Virus record (IMG/VR): IMGVR_UViG_3300028802_000186
Location: 1-56,476 of that record
Length of the DNA: 56,476 nt
From: a virus
Taxonomy: Duplodnaviria; Caudoviricetes
Strand: one strand, 5' to 3'
Shown here: positions 46,610 through 54,803 of the stretch, in pieces
Numbering within the stretch: position 1 is the first letter of the stretch
Layout of the letters: every line of letters starts with the position of its first letter
Notes under the pieces: model-generated
Told to the model about the DNA's origin: nothing
What the model saw: only the letters and a program-made list of their open reading frames with translations
Database searches by the model: none
Program-made: the position numbers and the translations under genes

Positions 46610-46676
46610 GCCGTGAAGCTCTGGAGGTGGGCGCCCCCTAACCCGGGGAAGACGGGGTTCGACTCCCCGCACGGCA
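46610..46676 (+). ncRNA. tRNA-like element 4 (4-bp stem, loop CUAACCC)
   Basis: Acceptor GCCGTG/CACGGC (6 bp); D GCTC/GGGC; CCCC/GGGG; T CGGGG-TTCGACT-CCCCG. Confidence 0.78.
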
Positions 46677-46931
46677 CGAGGTGACCACCTGCTCCATACG
46701 TGAGGGGACCGGGAACAAAAGCGGCTAGAACCGCCTCAAGCCCGGCACGACGTACGGGCAGGCCGACGGGACCTCTGACACCCCGGAGAGACGGGGCGCG
46801 GACCGCCTAGCGTTATCGGCGGGCGGCGCTGGCATAGAGGCCAGCTGATCGAGGGGGTGTGGTGGTGCCGGGTGAGCCGGTGAACCAAGCAGTCCACGAC
46901 CCGCCCACCCCCTCGATTGACAACTGAACAC

Positions 46932-47031
46932 GCCCCGACGGTAAGCGGATCGAGCGCACGCCCTGCGCGCCGTCGCCCGGCAAAGCCAGCCCGCTGAGGG
47001 GTGGCGAGGTGGTTCGAGTCCACCAGGGGCA
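46932..47031 (+). ncRNA. tRNA-like element 5 (5-nt loop, branched ~40-nt variable arm)
   Basis: GCCCC/GGGGC; D CGGT/ATCG; GCGCA-CGCCC-TGCGC; T GGTGG-TTCGAGT-CCACC. Confidence 0.65.
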
Positions 47032-47220
47032 CGGATGCAGAGGAACACCGTGGCGGGCCTACCCGTCCAGGACCTCTGCTGTCGCCCTCCCTGGGCCGCC
47101 GCACGTTGACCAAGCAGGGGAGGACGGCGGGTCGCCGGGATGCACCGAGGGAATCTCCCGTGGCCACGGCGTGGATTCGTGTCCCGGCGACCTACCACAT
47201 ATCCACACGAGGAGGACAAA

Positions 47221-47358
47221 ATGGGCTGGCCGTTCGGGCGGAAGCAGCCGCGCGTCGACAAGGCTGGCAGGGTCACCACCCCGCCGTTGCAGCAGCAGAA
47301 GCCGAAGTACGGGGACAAGAAGATCGTCAAGGCCGTCAAGCCGAAGAAGGGCAAGTGA
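47221..47358 (+). CDS. Small Lys-rich peptide (45 aa) inside RNA island
   Basis: GAGGAGG RBS; MGWPFGRKQPR...KIVKAVKPKKGK. Confidence 0.7.
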   Translation: MGWPFGRKQPRVDKAGRVTTPPLQQQKPKYGDKKIVKAVKPKKGK

Positions 47359-47458
47359 CGGCGACCAAGCCGAAGCCTCGCCCCCGGCCGATCCTCAATC
47401 CGAACCACGGCCGGTGATGCTGCAGGCCAGCACGTAACGGCGCGACGTTTTCGATCAT

Positions 47459-47532
47459 GGACCAGTAGCTCAACGGGAGAGCCGCGCCGCGAAGGCGAAG
47501 ATGAGGGTTTGTTCAAGTCCCCTCCTGGTCCC
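47459..47532 (+). ncRNA. tRNA-like element 6 (5-nt loop GCGAA, bulged T arm)
   Basis: Acceptor GGACCAG/CTGGTCC; D GCTC/GAGC; CGCC/GGCG; GAGGG-TTTG-TTCAAGT-CCCCTC. Confidence 0.75.
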
Positions 47533-47664
47533 GATCCCCGGCGCCCTGGCTGACGCCCCGGGGATGTTGTTGACCCTGCCGTGCGCTGGGCGCAGAACGC
47601 GGTCCATCGTGGCTCACGGGCGTTGTGATGGTGTCCGAATGCGTACCTCCACGGCAGGGTTCCA

Positions 47665-47735
47665 GGCGAGGTAGCTCAACAGGCAGAGCACCGGCGCCAA
47701 GCCGGGGGATGCAGGTTCGACTCCTGCCCTCGCCG
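47665..47735 (+). ncRNA. tRNA-like element 7 (5-nt loop GCCAA, Trp-like)
   Basis: Acceptor GGCGAGG/CCTCGCC, G discriminator; CCGGC/GCCGG; T GCAGG-TTCGACT-CCTGC. Confidence 0.82.
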
Positions 47736-47800
47736 CTCGTCCCTTCCGGGTGGACGCAGCCCGGATCAGCGCGTAAGCTGAGGACTGACAGAAAGACCCG

Positions 47801-48538
47801 ATGGAGGAGATCGTCGTGCAGCACCCGAACCCGAGCGACGCCTGGACCGACTGGCTCGCCGCCAACGACCTCGCCGACGAGGCCGACAAGCTCACCGCGC
47901 TGCACGAGATCATCGTGCGGACCGCCCGCGACCAGGTGAGAAACGAAACCTACAGCCGCATCACCGCCGAATGGGCCAACAAGAAGCTGGCCAAGCTGGG
48001 CATCCCCGACCGGATCGGCGTGCGCAACTCGTACGTCATCGAGGCGCCCATCTCCGGCACGATCCGGCTCCCGGTCGGTGCCGCCAACCGGACCGCCGCC
48101 CTCGCGCTGTTCGAGTCGCGCGTGACCAATGCGGCCTCCTGGGAGGTCTCCGCCCTTGTCGTCCAGGGCGCCCCGGTCTTCGCGTCCGGCCCCGCCGACG
48201 AGGACCCGAACGTGGTGGACCCGGACGTGCCGACCACCGTGCAGGGCACCTTGGACATGCTGCGCGAGATCATCATGCTGGGCCACATTGCCGGTCCTAA
48301 GTACTGCGAAGACGAGGCAAACGACGTCCTCGCGAGCTTCGGCCTGGCGCCGATCCCGCCGCGCAAGAAGTTCACCGTCACCCGGCCCGTGACGGCCGAG
48401 ATGTCCACGACCGTGGATGCGTACGACGAGGAGTCGGCGGGGCGCGTGGCGGCCTGGCGCTGGGCCGACGGCCGGGGCGGATACAACCTGGCCAACGTCG
48501 ACCCCACCGACGAGCTGACCGTGACTGCGGCTGCCTGA
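47801..48538 (+). CDS. Hypothetical protein with two internal repeats
   Basis: WANKKLAKLGIPD and EANDVLASFGLAP repeated units. Confidence 0.75.
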   Translation: MEEIVVQHPNPSDAWTDWLAANDLADEADKLTALHEIIVRTARDQVRNETYSRITAEWANKKLAKLGIPDRIGVRNSYVIEAPISGTIRLPVGAANRTAALALFESRVTNAASWEVSALVVQGAPVFASGPADEDPNVVDPDVPTTVQGTLDMLREIIMLGHIAGPKYCEDEANDVLASFGLAPIPPRKKFTVTRPVTAEMSTTVDAYDEESAGRVAAWRWADGRGGYNLANVDPTDELTVTAAA

Positions 48539-48546
48539 CCCGAGCC

Positions 48547-48600
48547 CATACAGCCCCCTTGCCCCGCCAGGCAAGGGGGCTGTATGCTGTGCGTAGACAG
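48547..48600 (+). promoter_or_regulatory. Hairpin overlapping promoter and operator-like motif upstream of macrodomain gene
   Basis: 17-bp inverted repeat CATACAGCCCCCTTGCC; TTGCCC-N18-TATGCT; TGTATGC-N5-GTAGACA. Confidence 0.68.
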
Positions 48601-48615
48601 ATCGAGGAGGACACC

Positions 48616-49245
48616 ATGACCGAAACCATCGCCGCCGCCGTTGCCATCCTGGCCCTGGCCGCTCTTGCCGCCCTGATGCTGGCCGCCAGCACTGGCCTGC
48701 CGTTCCGCGTCCGTCACCGGCCCGCCCTGCGGATCGAGGTCGTGATCGGCGACATCACCACCCAGCGCGTGGACGTCATCGTCAACGCCGCCAAGTCCAG
48801 CCTGCTCGGGGGCGGCGGGGTGGACGGGGCGATCCACCAGGCGGGCGGACCGGCCATCCTGCGAGAGTGCCGCGACCTGCGCGCCCGCCAGTACCCCGGC
48901 GGGCTGCCCGCCGGTCAGGCCGCGTTGACCGGCGCTGGGCGCCTGCCCGCCGAGCACGTCATCCACACCGTCGGCCCCATGTACGACCCGTTCGTCGACC
49001 AGTCGGCCATCCTGCGCAGCTGCTACACCGAGTCGCTGGCCCGCGCCGACGAGGTCGGCGCCCGCACGGCCGCCTTCCCGCTGATCTCTGCCGGGGTGTA
49101 CGGCTGGCCCAAGGACGACGCGGTCAGGCAGGCTCTGGCGGCGCTGCGCACCGCGAGCACGAGGGTGAAGACCGTACGGCTGGTCATGTTCGACGAGGGC
49201 ACCTACCGCACCGCCCTGGCCGTCGATTCGCTGGAGGATTTCTGA
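48616..49245 (+). CDS. YmdB-like macrodomain (ADP-ribose/O-acetyl-ADP-ribose hydrolase) with N-terminal hydrophobic anchor
   Basis: GDIT...IVNAAKSSLLGGGGVDGAIH...VIHTVGP...AFPLISAGVYG. Confidence 0.92.
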   Translation: MTETIAAAVAILALAALAALMLAASTGLPFRVRHRPALRIEVVIGDITTQRVDVIVNAAKSSLLGGGGVDGAIHQAGGPAILRECRDLRARQYPGGLPAGQAALTGAGRLPAEHVIHTVGPMYDPFVDQSAILRSCYTESLARADEVGARTAAFPLISAGVYGWPKDDAVRQALAALRTASTRVKTVRLVMFDEGTYRTALAVDSLEDF

Positions 49246-49442
49246 TGAAGCTGGCAGTCGTATTCGACATCCCCGACGACCAGGCCGACACGTACGCTGG
49301 AGTCGTCGTCCGCATGATCAAACACCACCAGTTCGCCACGGAGCAGGGCATCAGGCATTGGTCGTTTGATCAGGAGATGCGCCCGATCGCCGCCGCCGTC
49401 ATCGGCAACGATGCGCTTACCGGCCTGTTCCTGAAAGGCTGA
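49245..49442 (+). CDS. Hypothetical protein
   Basis: TGATG overlap; GGAGG RBS. Confidence 0.6.
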   Translation: MKLAVVFDIPDDQADTYAGVVVRMIKHHQFATEQGIRHWSFDQEMRPIAAAVIGNDALTGLFLKG

Positions 49443-49451
49443 GGAAGCCCG

Positions 49452-49808
49452 ATGTACCTGATCACGGCAATCCAGGAGCTGCTGCCCGAAGGTGCCCAGG
49501 CGCGGCGGATCTCCGAAGACGTCGTCAACATCCTCGCCCCCGGCCGTGACCTCACCAAGGAGGATGCAGACGCCGCGCGGATGGCCATCGCCGCAGCGGG
49601 CTACACGGAGGTCAAATCCTGGATAGCCACTGAGGGTATGTCGTGGCTGTCCAGCGGAATCCAGAGCGCGTCGTTCAAGGTCCAGCGGGACCCGTTCGTG
49701 CACGAGCAAGCGCTGCATGAGAACTGGGCACGCGGTCAGGTCACCGCCGCCGGGAAAAGCTGGGCCACCCACATGGTCAAATTCGATGGGACCGTACTGG
49801 AGCGCTGA
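49452..49808 (+). CDS. Hypothetical protein
   Basis: GAGGA RBS; 118 aa. Confidence 0.65.
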   Translation: MYLITAIQELLPEGAQARRISEDVVNILAPGRDLTKEDADAARMAIAAAGYTEVKSWIATEGMSWLSSGIQSASFKVQRDPFVHEQALHENWARGQVTAAGKSWATHMVKFDGTVLER

Positions 49809-49854
49809 CCACCGCTTACCGGCAGAGCCGGGCTGACCACCTACGATGGTGGTC

Positions 49855-50154
49855 ATGCCCGGCTCTTCCACGCTGTACGCCATCTACTTGCTCGCGTTCG
49901 CGCGTCTCGTCGTGCTGCTCACCCGCGACACCATCACTGAGGTGCCCCGTGACGCCTTCGTGACGGCCCTCAAAGAGCGCGGCCACAACAGCCTCGCCTA
50001 CCTGGTGCTATGCCCCTGGTGCATCTCGGTCTGGCTCGCCATCCCTGCCGCCCCGATCATCTACGCTTACGGCGATTCGCCGTGGCTGTTCGTGCCCGCC
50101 CTCGGGCTGGCCCTGTCCGCAGCCGCCGGTTGGCTCGCGCGCGTGAAGGGGTGA
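49855..50154 (+). CDS. DUF1360-like membrane protein preceding portal
   Basis: ARLVVLLTRDTIT..PR...LVLCPWCISVW; TACGAT -10 seven nt before ATG (leaderless-like). Confidence 0.75.
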   Translation: MPGSSTLYAIYLLAFARLVVLLTRDTITEVPRDAFVTALKERGHNSLAYLVLCPWCISVWLAIPAAPIIYAYGDSPWLFVPALGLALSAAAGWLARVKG

Positions 50155-50158
50155 CCGG

Positions 50159-52114
50159 ATGGGGCTGCTGACCCGTAAGGCCAAGCTCGTGCCCGCCGGT
50201 GGGCAGGACGGCCCGGGAACGCGACCTGCCGCCCTGACCGCCGCCGCCGTACCCATCAACCTGGGCGACGCCGCCTCCTGGCAGATGTTCAAGCTCGGCG
50301 ACCACCGCTGGCAGTGGGAGGCCTGGCGCCACTACGACATCTGCGGGGAGATGCGTTTCGTCGTCAACTGGATGGGCAACAGCATCTCCCGCTGCCGCAT
50401 GTACGCGGCGCAGATCACCGACGATGGGGTGGTCGGTGACGAGGTCGAAGACCCCCGCGTGAAGATGATCGCCGAAACCATGTTCGGCACCCCGGCCGCG
50501 AAAGCGCAGGCCCAGCGCCTGATGGGCATCAACATGATGACCGCCGGGGATTGCTTCATCGTCGCCGAGGGGTACCGGTCCGCCCAGGACGGCGAGGTCG
50601 GCACCGACAAGTGGTACGTATGCTCCTCGTCCGAGGTGTACCGGCGCGGTGACGACATCATGGTTCGCCGTTCCATCACCCACGGCGGCGGCACGTACAA
50701 GCTGGACAAGGCCAAGGATCTGCTGATCCGGTGCTGGAATCCGCATCCGCGCCGCCATGACGCCGCCGACTCCACCGTGCGGGCCATCCTGCCGGTGCTG
50801 CGGGAGCTGGAGCAGTGCACGAAGCGGGTGTTCGCCGAGCTTGACTCCCGCCTGGCCGGTGCCGGGATCCTGCTGCTGCCGGACAACATCGACTTCCCGC
50901 GTCCGCCGCAGGAGACGCCCAATGTGCCGCAGCGTTCCGGGGTGGAGGGCTTCGCGGACTTGTTGCAGAGGACGATGGCTACGTCGATGCAGCAGCGCGA
51001 CAACGCTGCCGCCGTGGTGCCGATCATCTTGCAGGTGGCGGTCGACGCCCTCGACAAGATCAAACACTTGACGTTCGATTCGACCATCTCCGAGCATATC
51101 TCCCAAATGCGCAAGGACGCCGTGGCCCGCATGGCGATGTCGCTGGACATTCCGCCCGAGGTGCTGACCGGCATGGGCGGCTCGAACCACTGGTCGAGCT
51201 GGCAGATCGAAGAGTCCTCGATCAAGATCCACATCGAGCCGCTGCTGATCCAGCTCGCCGACGCCCTCAACATCGGCTACTTCCAGCCCGCCCTCAAGGC
51301 CGCAGGCATCCCGAACCCGGAGAAGATGACCCTCTGGTTCGACATCGCCGCCCTCACCGTACGGCCCAACCGCTCCGAGCAGGCCATGCAGTTCGCCGAA
51401 AAGGAGTACATCTCCGCCGAGGCCGCCCGCAAGAACGCCGCCTTCACCGAGGACGACGCCCCCAAGAAGGCGGAGCTGGTCTACAACATCACCAAGGCCC
51501 TGGTCCTGGCGCAGCCCGCCTACGCGGGCGACCCGGAGGTGCAGAAGATCCTCGGCCTGCCCAACATCCAGATGCCCGCCCCGGCCGCTCCCCCGGCGCC
51601 GCCCGGAGACCTGATGCCCGGCGACCCCGGCTATGACACGGCCGGTAGCGAACCGGCAGATGTGGGTGCTCGCGGCCTGCCGCAGTTCCCGTCCGTCGCC
51701 GAAGCGGAGTCCGGCGCCGTCCCAGGCAAGGGCCAGAAGCTGGCGGCCCTGGCGGCTTCCGCCCTGAAGCCCCTCGGTGACGCCGCCCTGTTCTACGCCG
51801 CCGACGCCGCCGTGCGCCGCGCCTTGGAGCTGGCCGGTGGCCGCCTCGTCGCGGGGCCGCAGCGCACCCGGTACGGCGTGCCGAAGCACGAGCTGCACAC
51901 CCAGGTCGTCCCGGACCGGTCCCGCGTGCCCGCTCTGCTGGCCGGAGCCTGGACTCACGCCCGCGACCAGGCTCTCGCCCTAGGTGTCGACCCGGACGCG
52001 CTGGAGGAGCTTCTGGGCGGCTACTGCACGGAGCTGCTGACCCGGGGCGTCCCGCATGAGGCGGGTCTGCTGCGGGCCACGCTGCACCAGGCACGAGGAG
52101 ACCTGAAGTCATGA
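50159..52114 (+). CDS. Portal protein
   Basis: WQWEAW..YD..GE.RF...SRLAGAGILLLP...PPEVLTG...NHWSSW typical actinophage portal. Confidence 0.9.
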   Translation: MGLLTRKAKLVPAGGQDGPGTRPAALTAAAVPINLGDAASWQMFKLGDHRWQWEAWRHYDICGEMRFVVNWMGNSISRCRMYAAQITDDGVVGDEVEDPRVKMIAETMFGTPAAKAQAQRLMGINMMTAGDCFIVAEGYRSAQDGEVGTDKWYVCSSSEVYRRGDDIMVRRSITHGGGTYKLDKAKDLLIRCWNPHPRRHDAADSTVRAILPVLRELEQCTKRVFAELDSRLAGAGILLLPDNIDFPRPPQETPNVPQRSGVEGFADLLQRTMATSMQQRDNAAAVVPIILQVAVDALDKIKHLTFDSTISEHISQMRKDAVARMAMSLDIPPEVLTGMGGSNHWSSWQIEESSIKIHIEPLLIQLADALNIGYFQPALKAAGIPNPEKMTLWFDIAALTVRPNRSEQAMQFAEKEYISAEAARKNAAFTEDDAPKKAELVYNITKALVLAQPAYAGDPEVQKILGLPNIQMPAPAAPPAPPGDLMPGDPGYDTAGSEPADVGARGLPQFPSVAEAESGAVPGKGQKLAALAASALKPLGDAALFYAADAAVRRALELAGGRLVAGPQRTRYGVPKHELHTQVVPDRSRVPALLAGAWTHARDQALALGVDPDALEELLGGYCTELLTRGVPHEAGLLRATLHQARGDLKS

Positions 52115-52344
52115 CCGTTCCCTACGTCCCCGGCAATGATGTACGCAGCGTGACTGGAAACGGGCAAAACGATGTTACTAGCCAGTACATGTGCCCGGAT
52201 CCCCGGGCTGGCACCCACCGCCGGTCACCGCGCGTAACAACGGACTGGTCCAGTCACGGGATCCTGGCCGTCATCGCCGCCCTCGCGCTCGCCCTCACCG
52301 CCGACGGGGGCATGCTGCTGCTCATCGCCTGGTGGCAGCAATGA
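52111..52344 (+). CDS. Small membrane protein
   Basis: ATGA overlap; C-terminal TM. Confidence 0.55.
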   Translation: MTVPYVPGNDVRSVTGNGQNDVTSQYMCPDPRAGTHRRSPRVTTDWSSHGILAVIAALALALTADGGMLLLIAWWQQ

Positions 52345-52526
52345 CCCCCGAACAGATGGCGACGATAGGCGCCTTCGCGGGCGCCCTCGGCAAACTCAAG
52401 GCGAAACAGGAGCTGGGCCAGGGCGCCGAGCTGACGGCCGACGAGGTGAACGGCATCATCTGGGGAATCAAGCAGCTACGAGGAGGCGCCCAGCATGGCC
52501 CAGCCGACAACCCTGCCGAACGCTGA
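52341..52526 (+). CDS. Hypothetical protein
   Basis: ATGA overlap. Confidence 0.5.
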   Translation: MTPEQMATIGAFAGALGKLKAKQELGQGAELTADEVNGIIWGIKQLRGGAQHGPADNPAER

Positions 52527-53910
52527 CGCGCAGAGGGCCGCCGCCCTGGAGGTGTTCGCCCAGTACGAGCCGCCCCTGTATGAGGCATACCTGGAGATGA
52601 TGCTGGAGTGGATGGCCGCCGTGAAGGCCGCCATGTTCGCCGGTGGCGTCGCCGCACTCGGGCTGGTGCCCGACCCGCTGGCCGTGTTCTCCCAGACCCC
52701 CAAGTGGACGGCGTTGACCGCGCAGTACACCGCTCAGGTGGCCCGTGAGGTCCTTGCGGCCCCATACCGGGACCTGTTCGCCGACGACGCGCTGTTCGAG
52801 TCGCGGCCGTTCGTGCGTAACTGGATCGTCGAGCGGGAGAACCGGCTGTCGGCCATGCCTGATCAGGTGTTCGGTCTCGTCTCCCAGATCATTGACTCGG
52901 CAACAGTCAACGGCGCAAGCATCCCCGACGTGACCGCCCAGGTCGAACAGCTGTTCTCCGACACCAGCATCCCCACGTGGAAGAACCGGGCCCGCACCGT
53001 CGCCCGCACCGAGGTCGTCGGCGCCTACAACGGCGGGCTGCACGACGCCTTCGCCATGATCGTCGAGAACGACCCCGACACCGAATACGTGCACCGCTGG
53101 CTCGCCACCGAAGACCACCGCACCCGCCCCGACCACGTTGAGGCGGACGGCCAGACTCAGCCGTTCGGCCAGCCGTTCATCATCGGCGCCCAAGAGGGCG
53201 AGGGCGCCCACCCGGGCTACGCCATGATGTTCCCCCACGACCCCGCCGGACCCCCTCACGAGGTGATCAACTGCCGGTGCGTCGAACTGCTGGAGATCAA
53301 AAACGAGCCGACGAAGATGGCCAACCGCCAGTACCTCGGCGCCTCCGGCATGACCCTCGAGCAGACCATCGGCCCCGACTGCGGGTTCTGCATGCTCACC
53401 CACAAGCCCGGCCTGTGCAAAGGGCAGAAGCGCGGCCAGACCGAGCCCGGCGCGCAGGACGAAACCAAGAAGACGCCCGCCCAGGTGGCCCAGACCGCCG
53501 TCACCGGCCTGTCCGACGCCATCACCCGAGCCGAGCAGGTCGCCGCCCAATCCGCAGGCACCAACCCGAAGCTGGCCGCCATGGCACGCCGGGCCATCGC
53601 CGGATACCGCAAGGCCCTGCGCCCGCACCAGCAGACCCTCAAGCAGGCCGCAGGTGCCAACGCCAAAGCAAAGCGGACCGCCACCCAGGACACCAAGCAG
53701 CAGGACACCCTCGACAAGCGGGCCAAGCGGCAGAAGGAGAGCCTCGGCAAGGCCGCGCAGCGCATCCTCGACCGCCGCGCCGAAAAGGCCAAGCTGAAGA
53801 AGATGACCCCGCACCAGCGCACCGCCTACCACAAGGCGAAGTCGGCAGCTGCCAAGGCGAAGCGCGAGGCCCAGGAGAACAAGACGTTGAAGGAGGCGGG
53901 CAAGGGGTGA
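52495..53910 (+). CDS. MuF-like minor head protein with basic C-terminal extension
   Basis: RARTVARTE...WLATED.RTR..H...DGQ...EVINCRC. Confidence 0.9.
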   Translation: MAQPTTLPNADAQRAAALEVFAQYEPPLYEAYLEMMLEWMAAVKAAMFAGGVAALGLVPDPLAVFSQTPKWTALTAQYTAQVAREVLAAPYRDLFADDALFESRPFVRNWIVERENRLSAMPDQVFGLVSQIIDSATVNGASIPDVTAQVEQLFSDTSIPTWKNRARTVARTEVVGAYNGGLHDAFAMIVENDPDTEYVHRWLATEDHRTRPDHVEADGQTQPFGQPFIIGAQEGEGAHPGYAMMFPHDPAGPPHEVINCRCVELLEIKNEPTKMANRQYLGASGMTLEQTIGPDCGFCMLTHKPGLCKGQKRGQTEPGAQDETKKTPAQVAQTAVTGLSDAITRAEQVAAQSAGTNPKLAAMARRAIAGYRKALRPHQQTLKQAAGANAKAKRTATQDTKQQDTLDKRAKRQKESLGKAAQRILDRRAEKAKLKKMTPHQRTAYHKAKSAAAKAKREAQENKTLKEAGKG

Positions 53911-54803
53911 AGCTGCGGACCGGAAGGCGTAACCCGCGCAACCTGTACCTACAGCTGGGCGACGAGCCGGGAGAGCGGGATCCGTGCGTCGGGTTCATGG
54001 TCGACGACGGCTCGGCCGCGCTGATCGCTGACGCGCTGAACAGTCCGTGGCACCTGAACGAGATCAAGATCAACGCCGAGGTGCGGCACGAAAACCCCTT
54101 CAACCCCGAACTGCTGGTGATCGTCCCGTCCCGGGGCAGGCCGCAGCACCTGGCCCGCACGGTCGACGCCTGGCGCACCACCGGCGCCTTCGACCGGGCA
54201 GCACTGCTGTTCGCCGTCGACGCCGACGACCCGGAGATCGGGGCGTACCGGGAAGCCCACCGCGCGGTAGCCCACCTGCCGGTAGGGCTGCGCGTCGCCG
54301 TCCGGTGGCTGCCGATGGTCACCAAGCTCAACCGGGTAGCCGTCCAGCACTGCGAGGCGCCGTTCGCGCTCGGCTTCGCCGGTGACGATCACGTGCCCCG
54401 CACTCCCGGCTGGGCCGGACGCTACCTGGACGAGCTGCACGCGCTAGGCACGGGAATCGTGTACGGCGACGACGGCATGCAGGGCGAGGCGCTGCCCACC
54501 CAATGGGCGATGACCTCGGACATTGTGCGCGCACTCGGGCGCATGGTGCCCGCCGACGTGGAGCACTTGTACTGCGACAACGCCGTCCAGGAGCTGGGCC
54601 TCAAGGCCGACTGCCTGCGGTACCTGCCGGACGTGCTGATCGAGCACATGCACCCGATGGCGGGCAAGGCCGCGACGGATCGTGGCTACGCGCGCGTCAA
54701 CCAGCCCGAGCAGTACAGCCGCGACCAGAAGGCGTTCCTGGAGTGGACGACCGGCCTGATGGGGATCCAGGTCGCGACCGTGCGGGCCCTGCGTGTTCGG
54801 TGA
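53907..54803 (+). CDS. GT-A fold glycosyltransferase with short N-terminal extra domain
   Basis: VIVPSRGRP...FAGDDH.PRT.GW...HLYCDN...IEHMHP; GTGA overlap with MuF stop. Confidence 0.82.
   Translation: MKLRTGRRNPRNLYLQLGDEPGERDPCVGFMVDDGSAALIADALNSPWHLNEIKINAEVRHENPFNPELLVIVPSRGRPQHLARTVDAWRTTGAFDRAALLFAVDADDPEIGAYREAHRAVAHLPVGLRVAVRWLPMVTKLNRVAVQHCEAPFALGFAGDDHVPRTPGWAGRYLDELHALGTGIVYGDDGMQGEALPTQWAMTSDIVRALGRMVPADVEHLYCDNAVQELGLKADCLRYLPDVLIEHMHPMAGKAATDRGYARVNQPEQYSRDQKAFLEWTTGLMGIQVATVRALRVR

Noticed and set aside
45673-47735. Annotating the seven elements as ordinary tRNAs (Trp, Val, Ser, suppressor)
   Set aside because: None has a canonical 5-bp stem with 7-nt loop, so anticodon assignments are not supportable.
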